NCBI GenBank assembly: GCA_963765765.1
Contig: CAVXYC010000026.1
Location: 28,030 to 92,029, forward strand
Origin: an uncultured Chloroflexia bacterium
Lineage (GTDB): Bacteria > Chloroflexota > UBA6077 > JACCZL01
Direction: 5' to 3'
Length of the DNA: 64,000 bases
The translations under genes and the position numbers were made by a program. This document shows, in pieces, positions 61,188 to 64,000 of the stretch. The notes beneath the pieces are model-generated. The model did no database searches, was not told the DNA's origin, and saw only the letters and a program-made list of their open reading frames with translations. Position 1 is the first letter of the stretch. Each line of letters starts with the position of its first letter.

Positions 61188-63170
61188 ATGCGTGGCCCCC
61201 TGGGTCTGGTCCTGGCGACCGCAACGCTTCTCGTCGCCCTCCCGGCATGGGCCGAGGAGCCGGCAAAGCCCACCCCGATCGGCGAGAAGGTCCCGAACGG
61301 CAACGCGCTCCGCGACCTGCGCGGCAACCGCCCGCTGCACGACGTTCCAACCACAAGGCCGTCGTCCTCGCCTTCGTCGGCGCCGAGTGCCCGGTGTCCA
61401 ACCTCTACCTGCCCGGGCTGATCGAGCTGGAGAAGAAGTACCGCGGCAAGGAGGTGCAGTTCCTCGCCGTCTACCCCAACGACGCCGAGGACCTCGACCA
61501 GGTCGCCGCCCACGCCTACGACCGCGACGTGCCGTTCCCGGTGCTCAAGGACGTCGGCCAGAAGCTCGCCGACGCGCTCGGCGTCACCCGCGTGCCCGAC
61601 CGTCGCCGTCCTCGACGGCGAGTTCGACGCTGCGCTACCGCGGCCGCGTCGATGACCGTACGGCGTCGCCGCCCGCCGGCCGAAGGCGACCCGCGCCGAC
61701 CTGGCCGAGGCGCTCGACGAGGTGCTGGCCGGCAAGAAGGTCAGCGTCGCCGAGACCGAGGCCGACGGCTGCCTGCTCGGCCGCGGCCGACGAAGCCGGC
61801 CGACGAAGCCGACGTCACGTTACAGCCAAGGACGTCGCCCCGATCCTCCAGAACGCGCTGCCAGGCCTGCCACCGCCCGGGCCAGTCGGCCCCGTTCGCG
61901 CTGATGAGCTACGACGACGCCGTCAAGCACGCGCCGCATGATCAAGGAGGTGACCGACGCAGCGGCGCATGCCGCCCTGGCACGCCGACCCGCGGTACGG
62001 CAAGTTCGCCAACGACCGCCGCCTGACGCAGCGACGAGATCGACACGCTCGCCGCCTGGGTGGACGGCGGCATGCCGCAGGGCGACGCCAAGGACCTGCC
62101 CAAGCCGATCGAGTGGCCGAAGGGCTGGGTCCACGGCAAGCCCGACCTGGTGCTTCACGATGCCCGAGGAGTTCGAGGTGCCGGCGACCGGCGTGCTGCC
62201 GTACAAGAACTGGATCATCGACACCGAAGTTCACCGAGGACAAGTGGGTGCACGATCGCCGAGGCCAGGCCGGGCGCGCCGGGCGTGGTGCATCACGTCG
62301 TCGCCTACATCCTGAAGGCGGGGCAGACGCAGCCCGTGTCGCGCCGGACGGCACGATCTCGGTCCTGGTCGGCTGGGCGCCGGGCGACCTGGGCCTGGTG
62401 CTGCCCGCCGGACACGGCCCTGCGGCTGCCCAAGGGCTGCGAGCTCCGCCTGGAGATGCACTACACGCCCAACGGCACGAAGGTCGAAGGACCGCTCGTC
62501 GGTCGGCATCACGTTCGCCAAGAAGCCGCCGAAGTTCGAGCTGTTCATGAACGAGTTCGCCAACATGGCGCTTCGACGTCGCCGCCGCACGACCCGCACT
62601 ACAAGGCCGAGGCGACCTTCCGCCTGCCGGCCGACGCCCGGCTGATCAGCCTGACGCCGCACATGCACTGGCGCGGCAAGCACTACTTCTACGAGGTCGA
62701 TCTACCCCGACGGCAAGAAGCGAGACGCTGCTGTCGGTGCCGCGCTGGGACTTCAACTGGCAGAACGTCTACCGGTTCGAGGAGCCGATCAAGCTGCCCG
62801 AAGGGGACGAAGCTGCACGCGGTCGCCCACTGGGACAACTCGACGAACAACCCGCTCAACCCGGACCCGACGAAGCCGGTGCGGTTCGGCCTGCAGACGT
62901 GGGAAGAGATGATGGTCGGCTTCGTGGCCTACGTCTGGGAGCGGCCGGAGACGGCGGCGGAGCTGGCGAAGAACCCGCCGAAGCCGGCCGACCAGTTCTT
63001 CGACCGGCTTCGACGCGCAACGGCGACGACGTGGTCACCGCCGACGAGATCCCCGAGCGGATGCGGCCGATGCTGGCGGTCGGCGGGGTGAAGCTGCCGG
63101 AGAAGATGACGCGCAAGGAGTTCGTCAAGTTCTTCGAGGAGATGCGAAGCGCACCCCGCCGAAGCAGTGA
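61188..63170 (+). CDS. Secreted redoxin + heme c + copper-monooxygenase-like + EF-hand protein (many frameshifts, end approximate)
   Basis: GAECPVSN, YRGRVDD, CQACH, MPPW, VHH, LEMHY, PHMHWRGK, WDFNWQ, EEMM, NGDDVVTADE. Confidence 0.82.
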
Positions 63171-63175
63171 GTGGG

Positions 63176-63233
63176 GGTTAGCGACGCTTCGCAGAAGCGT
63201 TGTGCGGAACGCTTCTGCGAAGCGTCGCTAACC
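63176..63233. repeat. REP-like palindrome
   Basis: 26-bp perfect arms GGTTAGCGACGCTTCGCAGAAGCGTT / AACGCTTCTGCGAAGCGTCGCTAACC with a 6-nt loop. Confidence 0.85.
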
Positions 63234-63290
63234 GGATCGCGGAATGGTATCCTCGCCTCGGGCTACTTCCACCCGCCGAGGAACCGCACG

Positions 63291-64000
63291 ATGTCTCCCC
63301 TCCGATTCTGCCTCTCTTGCGTCGCCGTTCTTGCCTGCCTGCTCTCGGCCCCCGCCGCGGCCGCCGACAAGCCGGAGATCGTCTCGGTACGAAGATCTGG
63401 GACAAGGGCAAGCACAACGCCTTCACCGACCTGATCCGCTGGCGCGGCAAGTGGTACTGCACCTTCCGCGAGGCGGACGGCCACGTCGGCGGCGACGGCA
63501 AGCTGCGCGTCCTCGAGTCGGCCGACGGCAAGACCTGGGAGTCGGTCGCCCTGGTCGCCGAGGAGGGCATCGACCTGCGCGACCCGAAGCTGTCGATCAC
63601 GCCCGACGACCGGCTGATGATCGTCGCCGGCGGCTCGGTCTACAAGGGCACAAGACGCTCATGGGCCGGCAGCCGCGCGTCGACGCTTCTCGAAGGACGG
63701 CCGCGACCTGGACGCCGCCGCAGCGGGTGCTGACCGAGGGCGAATGGCTGTGGCGCGTCACCTGGCACGAGCGGCAAGGCCTACGGCGTCTCGTACAACG
63801 CCGCCGCCCGCAAGACGCCAGGCGGCGAAGGACGCGGCGAAGAGCGGGAAGCCGTCCCGCCCGGCCCGGCCGACTGGAAGCTGAAACTCGTCGTCAGCGA
63901 CCGACGGCGTGAAGTACGACCTCGTCACGCACCTCGACGTGCCCGGCCACCCGAACGAGACGACGCTGCGGTTCCTGCCGGACGGCGAGAGCAATGCGTG
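63291..64000 (+). CDS. Secreted BNR/Asp-box (sialidase-like) beta-propeller protein, partial and frameshifted
   Basis: Signal peptide; HNAFTDL, FRE...H, SADGKTW Asp-box, DLRDPKL, WLWRVTWH, PNETT. Confidence 0.8.

Noticed and set aside
1-64000. CRISPR array or cas genes
   Set aside because: No regularly spaced direct repeats with unique spacers and no Cas-like ORFs were seen.
56400-64000. Many long Arg/Pro/Ala-rich overlapping ORFs
   Set aside because: Shadow frames of very GC-rich, frameshifted genes.

Overview
The window looks like two genomes joined at about 56,110-56,130. The left part (1-56.1 kb) has moderately high GC and a Chloroflexota-like gene set; that taxonomy is inferred from gene content. 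It holds housekeeping genes (Ktr/Trk K+ uptake, RecQ, homoserine dehydrogenase, class A PBP, tRNA-Leu(TAG)) and many paralogous transport and catabolic genes: two Fe3+/polyamine-type ABC systems each with two tandem binding proteins, three MFS, two tandem Rieske oxygenases, MmgE/PrpD, a ThDP decarboxylase, an amidohydrolase and two class II aldolases. Several REP-like palindrome families sit between genes. The right part (56.1-64 kb) is much more GC-rich, heavily frameshifted and Planctomycete (Gemmataceae)-like: a BSP peptidase, two tandem PDZ/M6 proteases (one lacking the zinc-ligand histidines), a redoxin/heme c/Cu-monooxygenase-like protein and a BNR/sialidase-like protein. Most single-base frameshifts look like long-read errors. 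The best find is missing from the ORF track: a 73-aa gene at 29577-29798 (-) with a strong RBS, two in-frame TGA codons in a G-U-H-R-H-U-S-G motif and a SECIS-like hairpin at the expected distance. It is a candidate small two-selenocysteine protein, apparently co-transcribed with an MFS and an unknown 136-aa protein.
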